A DNA stretch of 64,000 nt, taken from contig OX597827.1 in assembly GCA_951406725.2 (NCBI GenBank), positions 71,362,001-71,426,000 of the forward strand. Reading direction: 5' to 3'. The position numbers were made by a program, and so were the translations under genes. The first letter of the stretch is position 1. Each line of letters opens with the position of its first letter. Of the stretch, positions 13,443-26,165 are shown piece after piece. The notes beneath the pieces were generated by a model, which ran no database searches, was not told the origin of the DNA, and saw nothing but the letters and a program-made list of their open reading frames with translations. Origin of the DNA: Octopus vulgaris. Its lineage: Eukaryota.

Positions 13443-14514
13443 GTGAATTCCCTGACTCCATCCCTAATTTTTATTCATCTATTTTTTTTTTCACATCAAA
13501 TTCCGATAAAATCGTTGTCTACACTTTTTGAAATACATTTGCAGAAAATTTTATTGAAAAATAACCGATTTTCAGAAAGTTATAGGGGAAACAAATCATA
13601 GCGTGTGAATTATATACTACACGGAAACTTTTTTCTCAACGAATTCCTATTTACAACCATGTATCTCTGGAAAATTTCATTGAAAAATAGGTATTGTTTA
13701 GAAAGTTAGAAAGAATCAAAGTTTCGGGGGGGGGGGTATACATCTGTAGTTACACCACTTTTTTTTTCTTTTTTATTGACTTCTAAAAGATGAAATTTAA
13801 CAGCGTGAAGCCGTGTGTCTATTCGTTCTCTTTGATGGCTATCAATTCGTCTCCCACTTCAAGAAGTAGGGGAGACAACTAAGGAACTACCACTTTTCAG
13901 CTCAACACGGAACAGAATAGAAATTTTAAAAAATTAATTTCCTAGAAGTATCATCAGATTAGCTAAGGTTTCAGTGACCGAAAGAAGGAACTGGGAAATC
14001 GTTGTTTAGCCCCAGGTCAACCACGTTTGAGCATACTTACGCTCAAAAATGTTTCAGGACCACAATGCCTAATATGTCCTTTCATTTTTTAAAGACAATG
14101 TTGTCAGATTTAAGAGAGAGATTTAGCTGATATTTCTAGCACATTGCTCGACCTACTAGAAATAAGCTGTAATTTTATTGCATTGTGAGTACTCGTAACA
14201 TACTCACACATGTAGTAATTTTTCCTAAATAAAAAATAAATGCGCCCTTTTTAAAGCCCAACCAGGCTCATGGGCCCGGTTTCCCGGTTTCAATGGCGTA
14301 TGTGTTCCCCAGCTGGACGGGACGCCAGTCCATTGCAGCGTTACTCATTTTTGACAGCTGAATGGACTGGAGCAACGTGAAATGAAGTGTTTTGCTCAAG
14401 AACACAACGCGTCACTCAAATAGTACGATGTTCACTGTACACTGTACCAAATAGTACGATGTTCACTGTACACTGTTTTTCTTTTTTTACTTGAGAACAC
14501 ATTTTGAATAAAGA

Positions 14515-14920
14515 TCGTTGCCAGAGCAGCTAACTGGCTTCTGTGCCAGTGGCATGTAAGAGGCACCATTCGAGCATGATCGTTACCAGCGTTGCTTTAC
14601 TGGCATTTATGTCGGTGGCACGTGAAAAAACATTTGAGCGAGGTCGTTGCTAGTGCCGCTGGACTGGCTCCTGAGCAGGTGACACGTAGAAAACACTATT
14701 TGAGCATGGCCATTGCCAGTACCACCTGACTGGCCCTCGTGCTGGTGGCACGTAAAAGCACCCACTACACTCTCGGAGTGGTTGGCATTAGGAAAGGCAT
14801 CCAGCTGTAGAAACTCTGCCAGATCAAGATTGGAGCCTGGTGCAGCCATCTGGTTCACCAGTCCTCAGTCAAATCGTTCAACGATAGCAAGGAAAGCGGA
14901 CGTTAAACGATGATGATGAT
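14515..14920 (+). mobile_element. Retroposon family D with internal gtgccggtggcacgtaaaaagcacc modules and a (GAT)n tail
   Basis: Conserved 3' end ...gcatggaaagcggacgttaaacgatgatgat. Copies at about 1-160(-), 1640-2130(-), 2610-2965, 3925-4167, 16158-16542, 20150-20315, 34140-34570(-), 50862-51220(-) and 52786-53325(-). Confidence 0.82.
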
Positions 14921-15454
14921 AAGATGAGGATCATTAGCATGCCAGGCAAAATGTTCAGTGGCATTTCATCCATCTTTACATTTTGAGTCCGGATTCTATC
15001 AATGTAGCAAGGGTTTTACTATAAGAAAAAAAAAAAAAAGACTTGCTCAAATACATCTGCTTCAACATTGCACCTGTATACTTTCTATTATCTTTTTTTT
15101 ATTTATTTATGTGCCCATTTCAAGCCTAGCCAGGCTCATGGGCGTGGTTTCTCGGTTTCTATGGCGTATGTATCCACCCCCCAACTGGACCGGACGCCAG
15201 TCCATTGCAGCGTTACTCAAGAAACAGGAAGGAAGAGTGAGAGAAAGTTGGGGCGAAAGAGTACAACAGGGGTCGCCCCCCCCCCCTGCCAGAGCCTCGT
15301 GGAGCTTTAGGTGTTTTAGCTCAATAAACACACACAACTCCCGATCTGGGAATCGAAACCGTGATCCTCCAACCACAATTCTACTGCCCTAACCACTGGG
15401 CCATTGTGCCTCCACTCTTTTATCTTTTACTTGCATAAATCATTAGATTGCAGT

Positions 15455-16704
15455 CAGGGCCGGATTAAGACCAATAGCGGCTCTAAGCATTTAAAAGATT
15501 TTGGTGTCCCCATATATAAATATGTAATTCAAAATACGAACAATAATAAACCATAAAATAATTTTATTTTTCAAAATTGAAACAAGACTAACAGAAAGGT
15601 GGAAAGTATTTAGTTTTGTATTCTTCACTTTGAAAAGTTTTCTCCTATTTATTTTAATTCCTCTTTACTCTTTTACTTGTTTCAGTCATTTGACTGCGGC
15701 CATGCTGGAGCACCGCCTTTAATCGAGCAACTTGACCCCGGGACTTATTCTTTTTGTAAGCCCAGTACTTATTCTATCGGTCTCTTTTGCCGAACCGCTA
15801 AGTAACGGGGACATAAACACACCAGCATCAGTTGTCAAGCAATGCTAGGGGGACAAACACACACACGTATATATATATACATATATACGACGGGCTTTTT
15901 TTTTAGTGTCCGTCTACCAAATCCACTCACAAGGCTTTGGTCGGCCCGAGGCTATAGTAGAAGACACTTGCCCAAGGTGCCACGCAGTGGGACTGAACCT
16001 GGAACCATGTGGTTGGTAAACAAGCTACTTACCACACAGCCATTCCTGCAAAGTTTTTGGTCGGATCCTCGACACCATGAACACTTCGAAATTAGATTTC
16101 TGATCATTACAACAGGTATATAGCCCATTGTCTGTATTATAGTGCATTGTTGTGATCCCTGTGCCGGTGGCACGTAAAAAGCACCATCTGAACGTGGCCG
16201 ATGCCAGCGCCGCCTAGACTGGCTTCCATCCCAGTGGCACGTAAAAAGCACCATCCGAATCATGGCCGATGCCAGCGCCGCCTTGACTGGCTTCCGTGCT
16301 GGTGGCACATAAAATGCACCAATCCGATCGTGGCCATTGCCAGCCTCACCTGGCACCTGTGCCGGTGGCACGTAAAAAGCACCCACTACACTCACAGAGT
16401 GATTGGCGTTAGGAAGGGCATCCAGCTGTAGAAACACTGCCAGATCAGACTGGAGCCTGGTGCAGCCTTCTGGCTTCCCAGATCCCCAGTCGAACCATCC
16501 AATCCATGCTAGCATGGAAAGCGGACGTTAAACGATGATGATGTTGTACCATTCAAAATTTTATATTTTTTAATTTAAATATTATTTTAGCAAGTCTAAA
16601 GTGATTTCTTTTGTGTTGTAAACCATTTACCATTTCTGTGGTGCCCCATTTCCCTTTATACCCTAAGCACATACTTATTCTGCTTAATGGTTAATCCAGT
16701 GCTG
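15455..16704. mobile_element. hAT-like MITE (CAGGGCCGGATTAA ends, 8-bp TSD) carrying two nested SINE-like insertions
   Basis: TSD attgcagt / actgcagt. Related end fragments occur at 12845-12900 and about 24110-24203. Confidence 0.75.
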
Positions 16705-17479
16705 ACTGCAGTCATGCTGGGGCACCACCTTCAAAGATTTCAGTCAAATAAATCAACATCAGTACTAATTTTAGAGTCTGGTACTTATTCCGTTGGTCCC
16801 CTTTTCCCACACCGCTAAGTTACAGGGATGTAAGCTAACCGAGACTGGTTATCAAGTGGTGGTTGCGAATGAACACAAACTATATATACATTATCATCAG
16901 GAGGCGCAATGGCCCAGTGGTTAGGGCAGCGGACTCGTAGTCGGAGGATCGCAGTTTCGATTCCCAGACTGGGCGTTGTGTGTGTTTATTGAGCGAAAAC
17001 ACCTAAAGCTCCACGAGGCTCCGGCAGGGGGTGGTGGCGACCCTTGTTGTACTCTTTCGCTCCAACTTTCTTCCTGTTTCTTGTCCCCGACTTCCTACGC
17101 AACCGCTGAGCCTCGATGCGCATTCATCCATTTGTCAATGCTCCCGGTGTTGGGGGTTGAACTGCTTTCTCTTCTGCAGGTCTTACGAATAGCAAAGGAC
17201 TTCTCCCACTTCACTCAACAAACAAACATTATCATCAATATCTAATGTCCGTTTTCCATGCTGGCATGAGTTGGACAGCTTGACAGAAACTGTTAAGGTC
17301 AGGGGTTGCATAAGGTCTCATAGTCTGTTTTGGTTTGGTTTCTACAGCTGGATGCCCTTCCTCATGCCAACCATTTTACAGTGTACTGGGTGCCTTTTAA
17401 GTGGCACCATCACCAGAGCTTTTTATGTGACACCAGTACTCACATTAAGGTTTTTTTATGTGGCACCTTGGTTTTAGGA

Positions 17480-17965
17480 TCTCTATTCTGTTGTGGTGGG
17501 CAGGTCTTCTTGAGTACAGCAATGCACCACACACCTCAGTCCTCTTTGTAAGGTTGCAAGGTTCAGCTTCTTGAGATCAGCCCTCAATACTTTGTCCCAT
17601 GTCTTTTTGGCTCTCTCTCTTCCACAACTTTCCTCCACTTTAAGTGATCAGCACTTCTTTATGCAACTGTCCTCATGCATCCGCATCACATGACCAGTGC
17701 AGTCTCCTATTTTTGCACACTGTATATAATTCCTCTTATGCCCAACTTCTCTCTCGATACACCAGCACTCTGTTGCACATGCTGTAGAGAATACCAGCTT
17801 TGCTCCTCTCCAGTCTTCGCATGTCCTCTGCATTCAGGGTCCATGTCTCATTCCCATGCAGTATTGCAGTTCATATACAACATGCATCATACAATCTTCC
17901 CTTCACTTGGAGAAAGAGACCTTTGGATGCCAACAGAGGTAAAAGCTCTCTGAACCTTCCTCATA
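17480..17965 (-). mobile_element. RTE-clade LINE 3' fragment (degraded)
   Basis: RLYDACI..AILHGNETW and TGHVMRMHEDSCIKKC motifs typical of the RTE ORF C-terminus. Confidence 0.72.
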
Positions 17966-18170
17966 CACACACACACTCAGACATACATACAACAGGCTTC
18001 TACAATTTTCGTCTACCAAATTTACCAATTAGGCATTGGTCAAGTCAGGGCCATAGTAGAAGATATTTGTCCAAGGTACTGCACAGTGGAACTGAACTCA
18101 AAACTATGTGGTTGCCAAGAGAGCTTCTTAACCACACAGCCCATACCTGCATCTGTAAATAATTAAGAGC

Positions 18171-18236
18171 CTCCACCCAGCAGGGAATTGAGCCCCAACT
18201 CTCTTGCATGACAGACAGGGATACTTACTACTATAA
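18171..18236 (-). pseudogene. Degenerate tRNA-Asp(GTC) copy, 5' end truncated by a repeat insertion
   Basis: Aligns by eye to 52358-52429 (gggaattga.cccc...tgacag.c.gggatactta..actata). Confidence 0.65.
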
Positions 18237-21200
18237 CATCATCATCATCGTCATTTAACGTCCGCTTTCCATGCTAGCATGGGTTGGACGATTTCACTTG
18301 CCTCAACAGGTCTTCGCAAGCAGAGTTTAGTGTCCAAAGAAGGAAAAGGTATGCATAAGTGGGCTGGTTACACCCCTGGCATAGTCCACGAGGTTATGGT
18401 CTTATTTGGCTTGCCGGGATATTGCATACACAGCCATATAAACTGGACACACAGCATACTCCTGTAAACTATATAAATTAATCTTATTCCTCAAGACAAA
18501 ACATAACAAACCTGGTTTATTTCACTGTTCACCAATTACTCACCAGTTAATAACAGGTCTCTCTGGTTCAATTTACCTCACTCCCAACAGCCATTTAACA
18601 ATAAATTTTTTACTCCTAGCTACCATCAAACCACGTAACTGTAAGTTTTTAATTCACTCTAGCTACAATCAACCACCAGCTAATAATATACTAACTCACA
18701 CCAGCTACCAACAACCACCTACTAAGCCTATATTCTTAGCTCACATCTATCGACCCAGTAACCATCAATTAACGTTACATTTTCAATTCAATTTGTTCAA
18801 TGTTAAATGTGGTTAGAGATCGCCTGCTCTTTCTAGCACTCATACAGTCTCTCATGGAGAAGGAATAGAGTAAGAAACTAGGTGACTGTGACAAAAGAAA
18901 AAGAAAAAAATTTTAAGGTGACACTGAAGATTTTACCCAAGTCATCGTCCATCTTGTTTACATTATTATTTATTCATTTTTCTTTTGCTTAAAGACAATA
19001 AATTAGATGTGACAAAAACGTGGATATATGGGTTTTCTAGTAGAATCATGAGCAAACTGCTACCTGTGGGACTTTTTGAATGGCATGCTTAAATGAAAAA
19101 TTACCTTGAATTTTTTTTAGTAGCACAGTCTGTCTGGTGATGAGCCACGTGGCCCACTTCTTGATAAAGGTTAGCCATGCGTGGTCTAGTGTGTGTGTTT
19201 AAAATAACCTCTCATGGGTGACGACAACACTCCAAAATTTCCATTCCCTTGAAAGTCTGAAGCTTTATGTTAATGTAGAAAACCTTATGGAGCAATAGTA
19301 CTGAACAAAATGGGCATACCTACACAAGTGTGCCCCCATCTGACTCATGTTTTCTTATAACTTTCAGAAAAATATACATTTTTTTTTTATGAAATTTTCT
19401 ACAATTAGCTTTCAGTTGGTGTACATTACGATTATATGGGAATTTGTCATGAAAAATTTTTTTAGAGGTAGGGAAAGGAGTTTAGGATAATTCATGCAAA
19501 TCGACTTTGTTTCCTCCTAACTTTCAGAAAAAAAATGGGTATTTTGATGAAATTTTCAACAAATGTCTTTCAAATGGTATAGATTCCGATCATATTGAAA
19601 TTTAATGTGAAAAAGAAAAACAAAGTTGTTGGAAGCGCACACCTACAACCTGATACACATCGCATACATACCTACAGAATGAAACTTGAAATTTGAAGAA
19701 AAATTGTGATGTATGTATGAATGTGTATATAGTTTGTGTTATTTCATAGTGAAGTTCGAGAGTGTGGGTTGGTTTGTTCATTTGGAATATTTGTTGGTTC
19801 TTGAGAGATAGTTATGTTGTTATTGCTGCTGCATTATCTTTTTTATCACACTGGTACCGCATATTATTGGCCATTATCGCAATAGTGGTGGTACTACTAT
19901 ATTGGATACAAACCATGTTACAGCATCTGGCGACAAAAGGTTCAAAGCTCACGTAGCATGTAATTCACCTGCAAACTAAGCATTAAATTCTTTCTTACCA
20001 GATTGTCAGCCTTCTGAAATTCCCTTGCCCATGTTTTTTCCCCTGCAGCCATCCACACATTTTATTCAAGATCAACTACGTCAATCTTACCTGTTTTGAA
20101 GGCACAGCTCTTGCCTTTTGTCTCAGAAGGAATGCAAAAGGCAAGGATACAGCCCCCTTTACACTCACAGAGTGGTTGGCATTAGGAAGGGCATCCAGCC
20201 GTAGAAACACTGCCAAATCTGACTGGGCCTGATGAAGCCTTCCGGCTTCGCAGACCCCAGTTAAACCGTCCAACCCATGCTAGCATGGAAAACGGACGCT
20301 AAATGATGATGATGAAAACATGGAAAAAAAAAACCCAAACACCCACTACTATTCCTGTGAATTAGTAAGCTGTATACTATATCAAACTGAGCCCACATCA
20401 TCATCTTTAACATGTCTCACAACTAGAACCTTATACTAAATATTTTATCCAATCATTTATCTCCAGAATGGCAGCCTCTACATGGAATCACATTCTCATC
20501 AGACATTAATTTACACAAGTTGAAAAAAGACATCATCTACATTCACATTAACAGTTTAGGAAAGCCTGCAGATGTTCTCTTGTTCGCACTTTATATTAGT
20601 ACAAATAAGAATTTCTAACAAAGGCACATAGCCGAAAATTTTATAGGAGGACATAATGTCAACTATATTGACCCACTCCTTATCTAGTATTTTATTTCAT
20701 TGCCCGCAGAAACAGAGAAATGTGAAGTGTGTTGACACTGCTAACCCTTTCATGATTTAAATTCTGATAGGTAAACTGTTTCATTAAATCTCTAGTGCCA
20801 GTTTGGCATAGAGTAAACGTGGCCATTTACAATTTAGCATGTTATCTGATGCCAATTCTAAACCATAGCACTAACCCTAACCTAAACCACAAGGCATGCA
20901 CACAATGTAAACAAAAGGAGAAACAAAAACAAATAAAGAGTAAATCAATTTTAATGCAGGAAATTACAATTTGTGATGCAAATGCGAAGTACACAGAGTT
21001 CATGCAGAGGTTGAAAAGTCATACAGGTGTGCAACAAATTTCAAAGCAAGTTTCATTGAAAGATACAAACAGTGATTGAATCAATTTTTAATTTTTTTTT
21101 TTTTTTTTGGAAGTCTAGGGAGAAGTTCCGAAATTTTGGAGGTGAGGGGTGGGGCAGTCGATTAGATTGACCCCAGTAAGCAATGGGTACTTGATTTTTA

Positions 21201-21653
21201 ATTTCTTTCTCTTTTTTTTTATTGGTCGTCTAGGGAGAAGTTCCGAAATTTTGGAGGGGGGGGGTCGATTAGATTGACCCCAGTAAGCAGTACAGGCAGA
21301 GTAGCATAGAAAAAATAAAAAGGAAAAAAAAAACCCTGCACTAAGAATTGTAAGTAAGGGCATGAAGAAGAAATTGGCAATTCCTACACAAATATATTTA
21401 AAAGAATGAAAGGGATACATACAAAAGCACATGGTGAACGAAAATGAATCGGATATTTCTGTATCCGAAACCGAAAGCAGCGATTCTGAAGAAACTGAAA
21501 GAGGCAACATGATGATTTACACCATGATGTTGTAAAAACTTTAAAAAAATGTTTTTATCAACAATTTTTTTTCAGCATGCTTATTTGAAGCAATCACTGC
21601 GGAAACAAACTGTTACGCAGAATGTAAAGAAGCTGAACAAAAAAAAAACATCT

Positions 21654-23790
21654 CTACCAATTTCTTTTTCATTCGGTGCCCTTTCTTACTATTGGGTATA
21701 ATACCCTTTTCTGCCAAGAAAGATTCAGCATCCTCCTCCGTTTTCATTGTATCAAACAACTCGCCTAGACTAGCCATTTTCAAAAACAAATTACCCATAA
21801 TCGTGGGATGAGCCACAATGCAGCTGTGGCCTATAACAGTTATGTGCGAGAAGTATGCACACAGGACTTGTTCATGAACCCAGTTCAAATGAAACTAGTC
21901 TATATTCATGAATATTTTACAATTCAATTGAAACTTCTGAGGGGTGTATTTTGGTCAGAAATTCCTAATGCTTGCCGGCAATTTCTCCCAAAGATCACTT
22001 TTTTCGTGTCTGCGCCGCCACATGAATTCGCAGAGATACAAGTCAATCGGTGTGTACCACAATGTCGATTATTACCCCGTTTCACACAGGTCCACGTACT
22101 CTCTATTTGTTGGGTATCAACGGAGTTCACAAACTCGATGCTGTGGCTCACCGTTCTATGTCGAAAATTGTATCCCTCGATCTCTGGAATATGTGAATAA
22201 GCCCTCCACAGGTCACTAAATATTGTGGTACCTGGGAGGATCGAGCGGCAGACGCATTCTTCGAGTGTGCCGCGATTCCGTCAAGGTACTGTATAAAGGA
22301 AAACTTCTCTGGTCTCGCGGAACACTCCTCCGAATACCCATTGCTGAGGTAACACCCTTCGATTAAACTTCCTCCTAGAGAAGACTGTCTCATCTATCTC
22401 GACAATCTTCCCAGGACCACCTATTACAACTGGGTTCATGAGCAAGTCATGTGCGCATACTTCTCACACATAATTGTTATAATCTACAGCTGCACTGTGG
22501 CTCATCTCCAGTTCTACACTATAACGCACTGTAGCCAGTTCCTTGACCCAAGAGTACAAAAAAAGGACTACAGTCCGCAGAGGAAGTGTGCTACCTTCTA
22601 GCCATGTTCCCTTTCGGACAGACATCCTCTCACAGCAACCTTTGCGACTACACCGCCAGCAAACATTCTTTTTCATTCGGTGCCCTTTCTTACAGTTCTT
22701 GCTATTGGGTATTGTTACGTACCACCTGCCATCGCTCAACTAAAACCCGGGACCCTACCAAGTCGAACGACGACGATTGCACTGGCCCAGTCGATCGGGG
22801 AATTCACCACAGAAAGAGAGGGCCCGGTGTGTGTGTGTGGGGGGCAGCGAACTCGGCAACCGGCGAGAACAACAACAACAGGAAGAGATACAGAAACACG
22901 GCGGAAGGCAATTGGCTTACATTTAAAAACAGTTTATAACAATTACGACATTAAATACAATGTGATACATAGCAGATACATTAAAGAAAGTAACATGCAA
23001 CAGAATTAACAAGAAAACAACAAAATCAAAGCATTTAAACAGTTCACGTCGAATCAAAACAAACAATGTTCGCATTAAAGTCTTTCTCTTTCTTTTCTAC
23101 ACAGTTCTTTCTTTTTCCTCTTTCTCTTCTATGTCGAAAATTGTATCCCTCGATCTCTGGAATATGTGAATAAGCCCTCCACAGGTCACTAAATATTGTG
23201 GTACCTGGGAGGATTGAGCGGCGGATGTATTCTTCGAGTGTGTCGCGATTCCGTCAAGGTAGTGCATAAAGGAAAACTTCTCTGGTCTCACGGAACACTC
23301 CTCCGAATACCCAATGCTGAGGTAGCACCCTTACTCGATTAAACTTCCTCCTAGAGAAGACTGTCTCGTCTATCTGGACAATCTTCCCAGGACCACCTAT
23401 TACAACTGGGTTCATTAGCAAGTCATGTGCGCATATTTCTCGCACGTAATTGTTGTAATCCACAGCTGAACCGTGGCTCATCCCCAGTTCTACACAATAA
23501 CGCACTGTAGCCAGTTCCTTGGCTCAAGAGTACAAAAAAAGGACTACAGTCCGCAGAGGAAGAGTGCTACCATCTAGCCATGTCCCCTTTCGGACAGACA
23601 CCCTCTCACAGCAACCTTTGCGACTACACCGCCAGCAAACATTCTTCCCAACCAATTTCTTTTTCATTCGGTGCCCTTTCTTACTATTGGGTATAATACC
23701 CTTTTCTGCCAAGAAAGATTCAGTATCTTCCTCAGTTTTCATTGTATAAAACAACTCACCTAGACTAGCCATTTTCAAAAACAAATTAAT
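21654..23790 (-). mobile_element. Merlin-superfamily (IS1595/ISXO2-like) DDE transposase pseudogene cluster: two partial tandem copies plus fragments
   Basis: Motifs IGGPGKIVQIDET...WVFGGV, ILPGTTIFSDLWRAY, HRTVSHS..FV...TQQIESTW and EFMWRRR, plus an N-terminal WRCSRKGC zinc ribbon. Stops and frameshifts present. Confidence 0.88.
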
Positions 23791-26165
23791 TCAACAATTA
23801 AGACACGTGTATCTCAAAACAAACTGCAAAGCCTTGTGAGTGGATTTGGTAGACGGAAACTGAAAAGAAGCCTGTCGTATATATGTATGTTTGTATGTAT
23901 ATGTTTGTGTGTCTGTTTGTCACCCCAACATCGCTTGACAACCAATGCTGGTGTGTTTATGACCCCATAACTTAGCGGTTCGGTAAAAGAGGCCAATGGA
24001 ATAAGTACTAGGCTTACAAAGAATAAGTCCTGGAGTCGATTTGCTTGACTAAAGGCGGTGCTCCAGCATGGCCGCAATCAAGTGACTGAAACAAGTAAAA
24101 AAAAAAAAATTTAAGTGATTCGCTTTTACCATTTCTGTGGCCCCCACTCCCTAACTTTGTGCCCTAAGCATGTGCTTATTTTGCTTAACGGTTAATCCAG
24201 TGCAGCCTCTATACCTTAAATCTCTCAACTGGCACAAAGTGACACCTGTTCAAAACTACGATCCCCTCACCTCACAATTAAGGGGGTCTTGTCTTGCAAG
24301 GTACGTGATCCTTTCAGTGCTGATTCCACATAGAAAATAGAAAAAAACTGGTACTGGTGATGCTTCCATGTAAAGAGCACTGGTGATGGTACCACATAAA
24401 ATGCACCCAGCACACTGTAAAATGGTTGGCATTAGGAAGGGCGTGAAACCGTAGAAACCAAGCCAAATAAATTACTTTGAATTAACCACACAATATTTCA
24501 ATGGTCCGTTTGCATATTTTTAGAATGACATTGTAGGGTAGGTATGAGAGGTTGGATGTAGTTATTATTAACATAAAACAGGTAGAATATTTGGGCTGGA
24601 TATGGGTGGATTAAAAGGCTAAAGGGTTAATTCTATTACATGTAGAACTAAATTTCTGAAACCTTAAAACTGAACAAGGACTTTATAACCTTGTGTATGT
24701 GAGTATAATACACACACGCACACACATATACACATACACGTATGTAGGTCATGTTTGTATATAATTCTGCCTCTTCCCTCACCCAACAAGTGAGGAGGAG
24801 CAGGAGGAGGGAAACAATGAGAGGAAGAGAAAAGACAAGAAGAGACAACAAAGGAGACATGCCATTCAACCCATTAACTGCACAGTTAAATTTACATGGT
24901 CATTCCTGTAATGATGTTAAATATCTGCCAAAAAATATGATTGGTATTTTCTGAAAATCACATTAGTTTTAATATATATGTACCTCCTTCGGTCGAATTG
25001 CTTTGCTTTCTAGAAAGTGTTATTGTTCTTTAACCCTGAGCGAGTGCTTGCTATATGATCAAATGTGTTCCAGCTATGACCATCCAATTTTATTTCTTTA
25101 TTGCCCACAAGGGGCTAAACATAGAGGGGACAAACAAGGACAGACATAGGTATTAAGTCGATTACATCGACCCCAGTGCGTAACTGGTACTTAATTTATC
25201 GACCCCGAAAGGATGAAAGGCAAATTCGACCTCGGCGGAATTTGAACTCAGAACATAACAACAGGTGAAATACTGGTAAGCATTTTGCCCGGTGTGCTAA
25301 CGTTTCTGCCAGCTCGCCGCCTTTAGGTTTGACCATACAATCTTTCTGTATACTTCTCTTAACTACTTTATGAGCTAAGAGAAGTAATTCAGAGAGGTCA
25401 GTGACATGTATTTTAACAAAGTCAAGTAAGAGAATACAAGATAAATTTTTGATTAATTGAAATTATCTCTGCCTCCAGAGAAGATAGAATGATTGGGACC
25501 GTCTCCAAATGAGATGGGAAAATAATCTCGAAAATAAAAAATTCTTCAAAACTGACATGCCATTCAACCCATTAACTGCACAGTTAAATTTCATGGTCAT
25601 TCCTGTAATGATGTTAAATATCTGCCAAAAAATATGATTGGTATTTTCTGAAAATCACATTACCTAAATAAAATTGGCAAATCTCAAGAGAAAATGGTTT
25701 CAAACATAATATTCTTCAACAAGAGATAGATTGGTATATAAAACTGTTTTTTTGTAGTTAAGGGTAATGAAGTTTTTAGTTTATGTATCTGATGTCTGCA
25801 GTAAAAGGGTTAAGAAAAAGACAACCTGATAGTCTAGAGACAAGAGTGCATCTGTGGGCATGTTTCTGCCTCAATAAGTGTCATCAGCACAGGATAGCTA
25901 CACTATCCAGTACCGTCTTTTGTTTGTATTGTTGAGGTGATTTCATGGTTAAATATCTTCTTAATTCATTTTTCTTTCTCAGAACATTTTTAAAAATATT
26001 TCAAAACGCAACCAAACAAGTTGTTTATCATTTAGTGTTACTTGACCAAAATTTCTGCACATTAGAAGTAAGAATCTTATCCTATTTGAGCAGTTTCGTC
26101 TCCAAAGATACAACTTTTAGCAGAACATAATAATACAATTACCTGCTTGCTTATTTTAAGAATCC

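Noticed and set aside
14417-14476. 30-bp direct duplication caaatagtacgatgttcactgtacactgt
   Set aside because: A simple slippage-type tandem duplication with no further signal.
21654-23790. Bacterial IS1595 contamination or recent horizontal transfer
   Set aside because: Degraded and embedded among host SINEs, which fits a eukaryotic Merlin element.
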